Notes: generated by a model from the sequence alone, not told the origin. Shown: positions 28,301 through 37,699, counted from the stretch's first letter. The stretch: DNA of 53,326 bases from Candidatus Moraniibacteriota bacterium (GCA_013334765.1 JAAXWW010000006.1:1-53326), one strand, 5' to 3'. Numbers and translations: made by a program.

Positions 28301-28897
28301 ATGAAGATTCTTGTTGTTGATGACAGGCTAGCCAATCAGGAATCCGCGCGTAAGACGCTTTCTGGTCACGAGTTGATCATTGGAGGAACATATGCCAGTG
28401 GCTGGAGCCATTTTCGTCGCCGTTGCAATAAAAAATTTGACGCTGTTCTGACTGATCTTCTTCTTCCTGAAGACTTGCCATCTGATGAAATTTTTCCGTA
28501 TGGAATCCCACTAGCGCTCGAAGCACTCACTCTTGGGGTGCCGTTGATTGCGATTGTGACTTTCGGCGACCATCATACGGAAGATCCTCGGGTGGGTATG
28601 CTAAACGGTATGAAGAACGGAAAAATCGGAGAAAGCGTTTTTATGACATCGGTGGATAGCCCCCTGGCGGCTCTGGATGGTGAATGCGATGTCTGCAGGG
28701 GTAAAAGGCTTGTTGTCTGCAAAAATTGCAAAGGAACCGGAATGACAGATGCAGAACATGGAAGGTTCGCGCAATGTTCCTGCATCTATAACGAACCGGG
28801 GCGGGGGAGGTCTCATTGCCACTTCTGCGATTCAACAGGGCGGCTTCACGGCAAGGATTGGGGATGGGTTCTCGAGCGGCTCATTGAGATGTGCTGA
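28301..28897 (+). CDS. Response-regulator receiver-like protein with DnaJ-type Cys-rich zinc finger
   Basis: MKILVVDD, FDAVLTDLLLP, IAIVT; CDVCRG, CKNCKGTG, CSC, CHFCDSTG; RBS GAGG. Confidence 0.75.
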   Translation: MKILVVDDRLANQESARKTLSGHELIIGGTYASGWSHFRRRCNKKFDAVLTDLLLPEDLPSDEIFPYGIPLALEALTLGVPLIAIVTFGDHHTEDPRVGMLNGMKNGKIGESVFMTSVDSPLAALDGECDVCRGKRLVVCKNCKGTGMTDAEHGRFAQCSCIYNEPGRGRSHCHFCDSTGRLHGKDWGWVLERLIEMC

Positions 28898-29007
28898 CCA
28901 AAGATATCAGCGGGTCGATTATTATTCCGCAGTAATCTTAGTGTCTTCGTCTTCCTCCGGATGCATTAGCGTATTTTCGCTTCTGTATCCGGGGGATTTT
29001 TTATTCT

Positions 29008-29043
29008 AAAAAACACCCAGTATCTATAATGGATACTGGGTGT
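29008..29043 (-). terminator. Intrinsic terminator after pilB
   Basis: ACACCCAGTATC/GATACTGGGTGT 12 bp stem with T-run on the minus strand. Confidence 0.7.
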
Positions 29044-29061
29044 CTAAGTACCTCAGTTTTT

Positions 29062-32000
29062 CTATAAATCCGTCACTCTTTCCACTTCCGAAAGCGTCGT
29101 CTCGCCTTCGATGACATGCAGGATGCCGTCCTGGGTCATGGTGAGCATGCCGTTTTCGACAGCCTTGTCCTGGAGGTCATTGGTGAGGGCGCCTTGCGTG
29201 ATCATCTCCTGGATATCGCGAGTGAGCTGGAAGACCTCGGAAACCGTCATGCGGCCTTTGTATCCGAGATGGTTGCATTCGTCGCATCCGACAGTCGCGT
29301 ATATCTTTTTGAGTTCCGGAATGGCGATGCCTGATTTCGGGGAAATAGTCTTGATGACGGACTGGATTTTCTCGGCCTCTTCGGGAGTCGGATCGATTTC
29401 TTTCTTGCAATGCGGGCAGAGCCTTCGGACCAGGCGCTGCGCTATGAAGGCATTGACTGAGGTGGCGACGTCCTGCGGCGTGACGCCCATGTTGATCATA
29501 CGGGCGACGGCTCCCGCCGCGTTGTTGGTGTGAATGGTCGAGAGGACCAGATGTCCGGTGAGGGCGGCCTGCACTGCCACCTGCGCCGTTTCGTCATCGC
29601 GGATTTCACCGATCATCATGATGTCAGGATTCTGACGGAGAAGCTGGCGAAGAGCGGTCGCGAAAGTATATCCGCCGGCGTCATTGACCGGAGTCTGCAA
29701 TATCCCTTCCATGCGGTATTCGATCGGATCTTCCACGGTGATTATTTTCACTTCCGGCTTGTTGAGGTGCTGCAGGACGCTGTAGAGAGTGGTGGTCTTT
29801 CCGCTGCCGGTCGGACCGGTATTGAGGATCACCCCGTTCGGTTTCTCGATCTCAAGGAGGATCTTTTCGAGATTCTCTTTCCGGATGCCGAGCTTGGTAA
29901 GGTCGTATTCCAGATTGGCGCTCGAGAGGAGCCTCATAACGACAGTCTCGCCGTATCCGCCGAGGATTATGGAAACACGGACGTCGATCATCTGTTCGGC
30001 GACGTCTTTTATGTCATCATCGAACTTGATGCTGAAACGGCTATCGATCACTCCCTGTCTCACTTCCGTCTTCACTCCGGAGAGAAGCTTTATCTGTCCC
30101 AGGAAATTCGGATATTCGGTCATGGTGATCTTGACGACGGTCTGCAGGATGCCGTCGATCCGGAAGCGTATGTGGACGTCTTCCGAGCCCGGTTCGATGT
30201 GGATGTCTCCAGTGCCCAGGATTTCGGCTGCCGCGAATATTATCTTGGCTATATCGATAGTCTTGGCTTTGGAGACAGCCTCCTGGAGAAGGGAAAAGTC
30301 ATGGACATTCTCTTTCGCTATATCGAATGATTCCTTGTTGACCAGGACCTTCCTTCCAAGGGTCTGGGACATGAGGCGCTCATAGATGTTCTCCAGGAAT
30401 TCTCCTTCTCCGGTCACTCTTTTCACTTCGTCGATCGAAGTGATTCCGGCAATGGCTTTCAATATCCCGTCCTGAAGCATGGTTATCATGCCTGATTCAA
30501 GGGCTGTCATGGTGAGTTCGGTTTCTCCGGCCAGCTCGATGATCAGCTTCTCAAGATCTTCATTGATGGTGAGGATCTCGAATATCCCGCGTCGCCCTTT
30601 GTAGCCGACTCCGTTGCATTTGGGGCATCCTTTCGGGCGGTACAGCTTGGTGATCTCTTTGGGAATCTCGACTCTTGATCGGGGAGAGATGATGGATAGG
30701 ACCTTTTTGATCGAATCGATAGTTTCGGTTGCCGGGACATATTCCTCTTTGCAGAAATCGCAGAGTTTTCTGACTAGCCTCTGTCCGATGATGGCGTTTA
30801 TGGAAGGGCTTATGAGCGACGGCTTCACTCCGAGCTCGATGAGCCGGGGAATGGCTCCGATGGCGCTGTTGGTGTGGAGCGTCGAGAGCACGAGATGCCC
30901 GGTAAGGGATGAATTGACGGCGATGTCGGCAGTTTCGTCGTCTCGGATTTCACCGACCAGGATGACGTCCGGATCCTGACGGACTATGGCGCGCAGGCCG
31001 GAAGCGAAAGTGTATCCTCTGGCTTTTTCGATCTGGGTCTGTGAAATCCCTTCCAATTCGTATTCGATCGGGTCTTCAATGGTGATGATTTTCTTGTCGG
31101 GCGTGTTCAGTTTGTGGATGATGGCATAGAGGGTAGTGGTCTTTCCGCTGCCGGTCGGACCGGTATTGAGGATCATGCCATTAGGTTCATTGATCTGCTT
31201 CTGCAGCTCTTCCCCAGCCAGCCCGACGATTCCGAGCTGTTCCACCTCGACGCGGATGGATTCCGGATCGAGAAGCCTTATGACTATGGATTCGCCGAAG
31301 TTTCCTGGGATGACGGAAACGCGGGTGTCGATTTTCTTGCCGGAAAGATGGACTTCGAAAGTTCCGTCTTGAGCGATATCGCGTAGGTTTATCTTCATGC
31401 CGGACATGATCTTGATACGCGAAAGCACGCTTTTGAAAACGCTCAATGGGAACATAGCGACATCCTGGAGGATCCCGTCGATGCGGTATCTGAGGCGGAA
31501 TTCGTTTTCCTGAGGTTCGATATGGATATCGGAAGATTGGAGGGCATAGGCGCCCGCCATGATGACATTCAATATCTGAGTGACAGGCATCTCCTTGATT
31601 CTTTTCCTGAGGGATACCAGGTTCTTGATAGCCGTTTTGTATTCTTGGAGCTCGTCATCCCCGATACTGAGGCTCAGCTGGTCGATGACGTCGAGAAAGA
31701 CTATCTTTTTGTAGCGCTCCAGGATATTCTTGAAATTGGTGTTGGAAACGACGAAAAGCCTGATTTCCCATCCGTTTTCTTCCGATAGGTGCTTGGCGAA
31801 CTTGCTGGTCTCTTCAGCCGTGGGATTGGGTGAAACCATGCTCACGTTTTTCCCTGCTTTTTGGATGATGGCCATGTTGTATTTTATGGCTGATTCTTCA
31901 GGAAGAAGCCGGAGGTTGTCAGGGGAAACCGGGACGACGTTCGTGTCGATATATGGGAAATTTATGGAAGCGGCGAAAAACGAGGCCTGTTCTTCCTCGG

Positions 32001-32091
32001 AGCGATGGCGGAGTTTCGCGATGATGTCCTGGGTTTCCCGATCTTTTTTGGAATGGTCAAGGGGCGCCTGACCGCTTAATACTTTTATCAT
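29062..32091 (-). CDS. pilB: GspE/PilB-family secretion ATPase with two tandem ATPase modules
   Basis: Two each of DIHIEP, RIDG.LQ, GPTGSGKTTTLY, EDPIEY, RQ.PD...GEIRD, TGHLVLST.HTN, QRLVR.LC..C. Confidence 0.92.
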   Translation of the reverse strand: MIKVLSGQAPLDHSKKDRETQDIIAKLRHRSEEEQASFFAASINFPYIDTNVVPVSPDNLRLLPEESAIKYNMAIIQKAGKNVSMVSPNPTAEETSKFAKHLSEENGWEIRLFVVSNTNFKNILERYKKIVFLDVIDQLSLSIGDDELQEYKTAIKNLVSLRKRIKEMPVTQILNVIMAGAYALQSSDIHIEPQENEFRLRYRIDGILQDVAMFPLSVFKSVLSRIKIMSGMKINLRDIAQDGTFEVHLSGKKIDTRVSVIPGNFGESIVIRLLDPESIRVEVEQLGIVGLAGEELQKQINEPNGMILNTGPTGSGKTTTLYAIIHKLNTPDKKIITIEDPIEYELEGISQTQIEKARGYTFASGLRAIVRQDPDVILVGEIRDDETADIAVNSSLTGHLVLSTLHTNSAIGAIPRLIELGVKPSLISPSINAIIGQRLVRKLCDFCKEEYVPATETIDSIKKVLSIISPRSRVEIPKEITKLYRPKGCPKCNGVGYKGRRGIFEILTINEDLEKLIIELAGETELTMTALESGMITMLQDGILKAIAGITSIDEVKRVTGEGEFLENIYERLMSQTLGRKVLVNKESFDIAKENVHDFSLLQEAVSKAKTIDIAKIIFAAAEILGTGDIHIEPGSEDVHIRFRIDGILQTVVKITMTEYPNFLGQIKLLSGVKTEVRQGVIDSRFSIKFDDDIKDVAEQMIDVRVSIILGGYGETVVMRLLSSANLEYDLTKLGIRKENLEKILLEIEKPNGVILNTGPTGSGKTTTLYSVLQHLNKPEVKIITVEDPIEYRMEGILQTPVNDAGGYTFATALRQLLRQNPDIMMIGEIRDDETAQVAVQAALTGHLVLSTIHTNNAAGAVARMINMGVTPQDVATSVNAFIAQRLVRRLCPHCKKEIDPTPEEAEKIQSVIKTISPKSGIAIPELKKIYATVGCDECNHLGYKGRMTVSEVFQLTRDIQEMITQGALTNDLQDKAVENGMLTMTQDGILHVIEGETTLSEVERVTDL

Positions 32092-32166
32092 GGTTTTGTT
32101 TTAGGATCTTTAACGCCATTCTAGCATATCTGCTGCGTTATTGATAATAAATCAGCTTAATTAAAC

Positions 32167-32212
32167 GGGCTTGCCTATTTGCATATGACAACTAATATTC
32201 CGGCCTGTCAGT
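32167..32212 (+). repeat. Truncated family A element (left arm + start of interior)
   Basis: TTTGCATATGACAACTAAT(A)TTCCGGCCTGTCAGT nearly identical to the corresponding part of the 43862 copy. Confidence 0.8.
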
Positions 32213-32255
32213 AAAAAGACACCCGGCGCCTATTATGGACGCGGGTGTCTTTTTT
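32213..32255. terminator. Bidirectional-type intrinsic terminator
   Basis: AAAAAGACACCCG...CGGGTGTCTTTTTT. Confidence 0.7.
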
Positions 32256-32267
32256 GAGTCGTAAAAG

Positions 32268-33395
32268 CTATAAAGCGCTCTTGATTTTTTCGGCAATGAA
32301 TCTTCCGGCTGAATAGGTGTCGGGTATGTCCAGTTTTATTTCCAGGACTCCCTGGCTTGTTTTCCCGCCCAGAATCTGCTGCATCCCGCCGAGCTTGTCG
32401 GGTTCCGCCATTCTTACGACAGCCATGGTTTCTGACGGGCTGCTGCTGTATGTCACTATGAAAATCCTGCCTTCGCTATAGTTCTCTTTGAGCTTTTCAA
32501 GGATCAGCGGCAGCGTTTCCGGGTTCGAGCGGCTTTGGACGAAGTCTTCGATGGAAAGGGGAGCCCAGACGATCTTGGCTTCTTCTTCCCAGTTGATCTT
32601 TGACATCAGCCTTCCCATGAGTTTCAGGACGTGGAGAGGTTGGGTCTTATATAGCCAGCGGATGATTTCCTGCTGTTCGGCTCCTTTCTCCATGAGATCG
32701 GCTGCAGCCGAAAGGCACCGCGGAGTGGTGTTTTTCTTCTGGAAGCTGTCGGTGGCGCAGATGATTCCGGCCAGGAGGCAGGTGGCTATATTCTTATCCA
32801 ACATCTCCTTGCTGATCTCTTCCAATGCCCGTTTGATAATCTCGGAGCTTGAGCAGGCGGTCACATCGACCAGGTTGGTCTGTCCGAAACTTTCATTGTT
32901 GCTGTTGGAATCGATGTTGACGATCGGGATTTCGAAAAACAGATCGGGATTGTTGAGATAGATGGAGCCTAGCTTTTCCAGATCGGAACAGCCGATGGTT
33001 ATGATGAGGTCGTATTTGAATTTGGCAAGTATGAATGAGAAGTCTTTCGGATTGAGCGATCCTTTTTCCGGCGTGAGATAGATGTTCAGCGTGTCGCCGT
33101 TCTGCTCTTTCCTGATGCCGGTTATCTTGTTGTCTTTGGTGTTGAAAGAAAGGACGAAATCGCGCGAACCGGAAATATCATTGATGATATTCCGCGGACG
33201 GGGGAGGAAAGAGAACTTGTCAGAAATCTGGCCGGACGAAGCAATGGTCGGATCGATGCCGATGCGTTCCAGGAAGAAGAAGAGCCCAAAAGCGCTTCCG
33301 ACCGCGTCGCAGTCAGGGTTTTCCGGGATGAGAATCAGCACCTCTTTGGAATTTTCCAGGAATTTCTTGAATTGTTCTTGCGGCAAAAGGCTCAT
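32268..33395 (-). CDS. DHH/NrnA-like phosphoesterase-fold protein with degenerate active site
   Basis: NPDCDAVGS, IVNID, SSSEI, IATCLLAGII.AT.SF motifs; DHH replaced by DSN. Confidence 0.8.
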   Translation of the reverse strand: MSLLPQEQFKKFLENSKEVLILIPENPDCDAVGSAFGLFFFLERIGIDPTIASSGQISDKFSFLPRPRNIINDISGSRDFVLSFNTKDNKITGIRKEQNGDTLNIYLTPEKGSLNPKDFSFILAKFKYDLIITIGCSDLEKLGSIYLNNPDLFFEIPIVNIDSNSNNESFGQTNLVDVTACSSSEIIKRALEEISKEMLDKNIATCLLAGIICATDSFQKKNTTPRCLSAAADLMEKGAEQQEIIRWLYKTQPLHVLKLMGRLMSKINWEEEAKIVWAPLSIEDFVQSRSNPETLPLILEKLKENYSEGRIFIVTYSSSPSETMAVVRMAEPDKLGGMQQILGGKTSQGVLEIKLDIPDTYSAGRFIAEKIKSAL

Positions 33396-33459
33396 AATAG
33401 GGGCATCTTTAAGTTAGTAGTGTAGACTAGCAAGATTTTTTTGGAGTGTCAAACAGGAG

Positions 33460-33487
33460 CGTGGAGCATGAAACATGAAGCATGGGG
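33460..33487. repeat. CATGRRR heptamer array
   Basis: cgtggag-catgaaa-catgaag-catgggg. Confidence 0.65.
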
Positions 33488-33547
33488 CAGCAAAGCGCGG
33501 CCGGACGCAAGGCTTCCATTTTTCCGAAATACCGCTAAGATTGAGAT

Positions 33548-33985
33548 ATGGAAAAGGAATTCATCACCAAAAATCTGAAGGAAACCAAGAAGCTGGGGGA
33601 AATGCTGGCGGCGGAGCTTCGAGGAGGAGAAATCATCTGCCTTTCCGGAGAGCTGGGCGCCGGGAAAACCACTTTTTCTCAAGGGATCCTGGAGGGGCTT
33701 GGCGCGAAGGGACCATATACCAGCCCGACGTTCGTGGTCATGAAGCACTATGAGATCAAAACACCGAAAAACGGAAATATAAGAAACGCCTATCACGTCG
33801 ATGCATACCGGATCGGTTCGGATGACATGCTCAATCTCGGTTGGGAAGAAATAATTTCGAACAAGGAAAACGTGATCATTGTCGAATGGGCGGAAAGGCT
33901 GGAAAATATCATTCCGAAGTGCGCATTGCGCATCGATTTTTCCTGGGAAGGCGAGAATGAGAGGAAAATAAATTTCAAGAGCTAG
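33548..33985 (+). CDS. tsaE: tRNA threonylcarbamoyladenosine biosynthesis ATPase TsaE
   Basis: L.GELGAGKTTF, SPTFV, YH.DAYR, IVEWAE. Confidence 0.95.
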   Translation: MEKEFITKNLKETKKLGEMLAAELRGGEIICLSGELGAGKTTFSQGILEGLGAKGPYTSPTFVVMKHYEIKTPKNGNIRNAYHVDAYRIGSDDMLNLGWEEIISNKENVIIVEWAERLENIIPKCALRIDFSWEGENERKINFKS

Positions 33986-34002
33986 AAGTGATATAATCAG
34001 GC

Positions 34003-34081
34003 GCGCTTCCCTCGCAGGTATTATTTTACTTGCCTTACGCTTCGCACGGAAGCCGCAAAATAACACCTGCAAGAGAAGCGC
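34003..34081. other. Long hairpin in the polA leader
   Basis: 27 bp stem (complete with G-T pairs on the minus strand) just downstream of extended -10 TGATATAAT (33989-33997). Confidence 0.7.
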
Positions 34082-34099
34082 TAAGACGCATTAATCGAT

Positions 34100-36805
34100 A
34101 TGCCTAAAGAAAAGAAAAAACTCATCCTTATCGACGGCAATGCCATAATCCATCGGGCCTACCATGCTATGCCGCCTCTTGTCACGAAAAAAGGCGAACT
34201 GGTGAACGCGGTCTATGGATTTTCGTCTACCCTGCTGTCGGTTATCGACAAGTTCAAGCCGGAATATGTCCTAGCCACTTTCGATCTGGCCGGACCGACT
34301 TTCCGTCACGAGGAATATGAGGAATATAAAGCGACGCGCGTGAAAGCCGATCAGGAACTATATGACCAGATCCCGCGCGTCAAGGAAGTGGTGCGGGCTT
34401 TCGGTATCCCGATTTTCGAGGCGCAAGGGTTCGAAGCGGACGATGTCATCGGCACGCTGGTGGCGCAGTCGGAAAAAAAACATGAAGAGATTGAAAACAT
34501 AATCGTGACAGGAGACATGGACACGTTGCAATTGGTCAGCCCGAAAACGAAAGTATATACCATGCGGCGCGGGCTTACCGACTCGGTGCTCTATGGCGAG
34601 AAGGAAGTCTTTGCCAGGTATGGTCTCAAGCCCGAGCAGCTGGTTGATTTCAAGGGTCTTCGCGGTGATCCGTCCGACAATATCCCGGGAGTGAAAGGCA
34701 TCGGAGAAAAGACGGCCATAACGCTCCTTGAGCAATACAAGACCGTGGAGGGAGTCTACGAGCATATAGCTGAAATAAAAGGAACGGTTAAGGATAAGCT
34801 GGAGCGGGACAAGATGATGGCGTTCAAAAGCAAAAGCCTGGCGACGATTTCCAGGAAGGCTCCGGTTGTGCTCGCTATCGAAAAAGCGCTCACGCATGAT
34901 TTCGATCGCGAAGGGCTGGTCAGCATGTTCAAGGAACTCAATTTCTTCAGTCTGGTGAAGCGCATTCCTGGAGCTGAGAAGGATGATGCTTCGAAACCAG
35001 CCGCGGTCCCCGCCGGGGTGAAGGATTTCAAATTCGAAATCATCGAAAACGGCAAGGTCGGGGATTTCGTGAATACGCTCAAGGAGTGCGGCGAGATCTC
35101 GCTGTCTCTTAGGACGCACGGGGAAAAGGCCTGGAACGGCAAGATACTCGGCGTCGCTATCGGATACAAGACCGGAAGGGTCGGCTATGTCAGCTATTCT
35201 GAAGAGAATTTCGCTCTTCTTGGAAAGGTTTTTTCCGATCCTGATGTGAAAAAGATCGGCTATGATCTGAAAAGCGACCTAGAAATCTTGCGGGCTAACG
35301 GCATCGAGCTTGCGGGAGCATATTTCGACATCATGCTAAGCGCCTATCTTCTCAATTCCGGATCGAAAATAGAGCTTTCGACCTTGGTTCTGGAAGGCCT
35401 TGGGGAAGAGATGGAAGAAGAGAAAAAGCAGGGACAGCTAGGGCTGCAAATAGAGTCGGAAGAGGAAATCGCTAGCCGTTCCTGTCAGCGAGCCGACTAT
35501 ATTTTCAAATTGAAAGACATCCACGAGAAGAATATCGCGGATATTTCCAAAGAACAGGAAGCGGCTGGCAGCAATGGCAATACTCTTTGGAAAGTCTTTG
35601 AGGATGTGGAAATGCCGCTGGTTGAAATCCTGTCCGCGATGGAAATCAATGGTGTCAAATTCGACCCGGATGTCTTTCATGGCATTTCCGAGAAGATAGA
35701 GAAAAGGATCAAAACCTTGGAAGACGGGATATATGAAGCGGCTGGCGAGACTTTCAATATCAACTCTCCCAAACAGCTTTCGGAAATATTGTTCGTGAAG
35801 CTCAAGATCCCGACTGACAATCTCAAGAAAGGGAAAACCGGGACGATCTCGACGGCATCTTCCGAGCTCAAGAAAATCAAGGATCAGCACGATGTCATTG
35901 GAAAGATCGAGGAATACCGCGAGATTTTCAAATTGAAAACGACCTATCTCGACACCTTGCCGAGCTTGGTCGACAATAATTCAAGGATCCATACCTGTTT
36001 CAATCAGGCAGTGGCAGCGACAGGACGCCTTTCATCTTCCGATCCCAATCTTCAGAACATTCCGATTCGGACCGATCTAGGGCAGCTTTTGAGAGCCGCT
36101 TTCGTGGCAGATGAAGGTTGGAAATTGGTGAGTGCCGATTATTCGCAGATCGATCTCCGGGTGGTGGCGCATGTGAGCGAGGATAAGACCATGATCGAGC
36201 TTTTCTGGAAAGGCGAAGATATCCATCGGGCGACGGCGGCCGAGATAAACAAAGTGACGCCTAGCAAAGTGAGCGACAAGATGAGGAGCCGCGCCAAGGA
36301 GCTCAATTTCGGCGTCATATACGGCATGGGAGCCTTCGGGTTTTCCGCGCGCACCGGGATATCGAGAGAGGAAGCCAAGAAATTCATCGACGCCTATTTC
36401 GAAAGGTTCCAAGGAGTGGCCAGGTATATGAAATACATGAAGGAGTTCGCCAAGAAGAACGGCTATGTGGAAACCGAGATCGGAAGAAGGCGATATATCC
36501 CGGAAATAAACTCATCCAATTTCCAGGTAGCCAATTCCGCTGAAAGGATGGCGATCAACATGCCGATCCAAGGGCTCTCTGCCGATATCGTGAAGATCGC
36601 GATGATCAAGGTGTACGATGAATACAAGAATAATCCGGACGTGCGCATGATCCTCCAAGTGCATGATGAAATCATCTTGGAAGTGAAAGAGGATGCGGCT
36701 GAAGAAGTAGGGAAAAAGGTGAAAGAGATCATGGAAAGCGCATATAAGCTCAAAGTCCCGCTGTTAGTGGATGTTCACATGGGGGATAATTGGGGGGAGA
36801 TTTGA
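34100..36805 (+). CDS. polA: DNA polymerase I
   Basis: 5'-3' exonuclease motifs (LIDG, EADD, GD.SDNIPGV.GIG.KTA); polymerase motifs TGRLSS..PNLQNIP, ADYSQ, NFG..YG, QVHDE; 3'-5' exonuclease appears vestigial. Confidence 0.98.
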   Translation: MPKEKKKLILIDGNAIIHRAYHAMPPLVTKKGELVNAVYGFSSTLLSVIDKFKPEYVLATFDLAGPTFRHEEYEEYKATRVKADQELYDQIPRVKEVVRAFGIPIFEAQGFEADDVIGTLVAQSEKKHEEIENIIVTGDMDTLQLVSPKTKVYTMRRGLTDSVLYGEKEVFARYGLKPEQLVDFKGLRGDPSDNIPGVKGIGEKTAITLLEQYKTVEGVYEHIAEIKGTVKDKLERDKMMAFKSKSLATISRKAPVVLAIEKALTHDFDREGLVSMFKELNFFSLVKRIPGAEKDDASKPAAVPAGVKDFKFEIIENGKVGDFVNTLKECGEISLSLRTHGEKAWNGKILGVAIGYKTGRVGYVSYSEENFALLGKVFSDPDVKKIGYDLKSDLEILRANGIELAGAYFDIMLSAYLLNSGSKIELSTLVLEGLGEEMEEEKKQGQLGLQIESEEEIASRSCQRADYIFKLKDIHEKNIADISKEQEAAGSNGNTLWKVFEDVEMPLVEILSAMEINGVKFDPDVFHGISEKIEKRIKTLEDGIYEAAGETFNINSPKQLSEILFVKLKIPTDNLKKGKTGTISTASSELKKIKDQHDVIGKIEEYREIFKLKTTYLDTLPSLVDNNSRIHTCFNQAVAATGRLSSSDPNLQNIPIRTDLGQLLRAAFVADEGWKLVSADYSQIDLRVVAHVSEDKTMIELFWKGEDIHRATAAEINKVTPSKVSDKMRSRAKELNFGVIYGMGAFGFSARTGISREEAKKFIDAYFERFQGVARYMKYMKEFAKKNGYVETEIGRRRYIPEINSSNFQVANSAERMAINMPIQGLSADIVKIAMIKVYDEYKNNPDVRMILQVHDEIILEVKEDAAEEVGKKVKEIMESAYKLKVPLLVDVHMGDNWGEI

Positions 36806-36880
36806 AAATGAAATCAGAATGCAAGATTATAGGTAAGGATTGAAATTTTTTGGATATTAATCAAATACACATTGGCGCGT

Positions 36881-37654
36881 ATGAAAGAACTTTTTTCGAT
36901 GCCTGAGAAAAATAAAGAATCGACTATAACTCCCGATGATTTTGGTAGGAGATATTTTGTTAGGGAAACTCCTGAGGAATATGAGAATGCTATTGAACAT
37001 GCTGGGTTTGTCGAAATAAAAACTCCGTATGCGGAAGACCTTCTATTTGAATTGGATAGGGAAACATATGAAGGCAGGGATCTTTTATCTGAAAAAATAA
37101 AAGGGGAGGTGGTTCTTGATTTGGGATGTGGCGACGCGTCCCTCAATTATGAATATGCGGAAAAATTAGGGGCAAAACTATTTATCGGTATAGATTTCAG
37201 CCCAGCAATCTTTTTGCCCTCCGCAGTCAGTGAAAAGGAACCTCTGGATCTCTCTTTGGATTATAATCAAGAACCTGCAGTGATTGGAGGAGGCGTATCG
37301 GCCGAAATAGCAGAAAAGGATCACAATGAATCTGATCCTAAGCCTATATGCAAGAAAAAAAGCGTCTTGCTTTCTGGTGATATGCTGAGGGTGATTTCTC
37401 TGCTTCCTGATGAGTCGGTTTCTGTGATAATATCGTCAGGAATTGAAGGTAATCTCGTTAGCGAAAATACTAATAGTGAATATTTAAAATTTCTCGCTTC
37501 AGAGATAGTGAGAGTTCTTAAGAAAAAAGGTATTTTCATTAGATATATGAGCGATGTTTGTCCGGGGAAAGATTTGAAAGAAGTAGCTTCCATCGAGGCT
37601 GTCGATAGTGGTAGGAGTGGTATTTTTGAAAAAACAAGCGAGGATCAAAAATGA
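36881..37654 (+). CDS. Class I SAM-dependent methyltransferase-like protein
   Basis: VLDLGCG, IGIDFS, GDM, LPDESV, EIVRVLKKKG; AT-rich; start uncertain. Confidence 0.7.
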   Translation: MKELFSMPEKNKESTITPDDFGRRYFVRETPEEYENAIEHAGFVEIKTPYAEDLLFELDRETYEGRDLLSEKIKGEVVLDLGCGDASLNYEYAEKLGAKLFIGIDFSPAIFLPSAVSEKEPLDLSLDYNQEPAVIGGGVSAEIAEKDHNESDPKPICKKKSVLLSGDMLRVISLLPDESVSVIISSGIEGNLVSENTNSEYLKFLASEIVRVLKKKGIFIRYMSDVCPGKDLKEVASIEAVDSGRSGIFEKTSEDQK

Positions 37655-37699
37655 AATAAAAATAATCTTTGGATTCCTGTATCCGTAGGAATGACAAAT

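Larger units (their letters stand above)
27391..29059. mobile_element. Mini-island at the pilB 3' end (TrmB regulator + receiver/Zn-finger gene), no integrase
   Basis: Bounded by the 66 bp direct repeat; contains only two divergent accessory genes. Confidence 0.65.

Noticed and set aside
34003-34081. SRP (4.5S) RNA
   Set aside because: Lacks the conserved domain IV CAGG-GNRA-AGCAG motif on either strand.
35000-35560. Degenerate 3'-5' exonuclease domain of PolA as a novelty
   Set aside because: Loss of proofreading residues in PolA is common across many bacterial lineages.
37670-37696. TGGATTCCTG...TAGGAATGACA dRS3/REP-like palindrome
   Set aside because: Single degenerate copy in the window; too little to support a feature.
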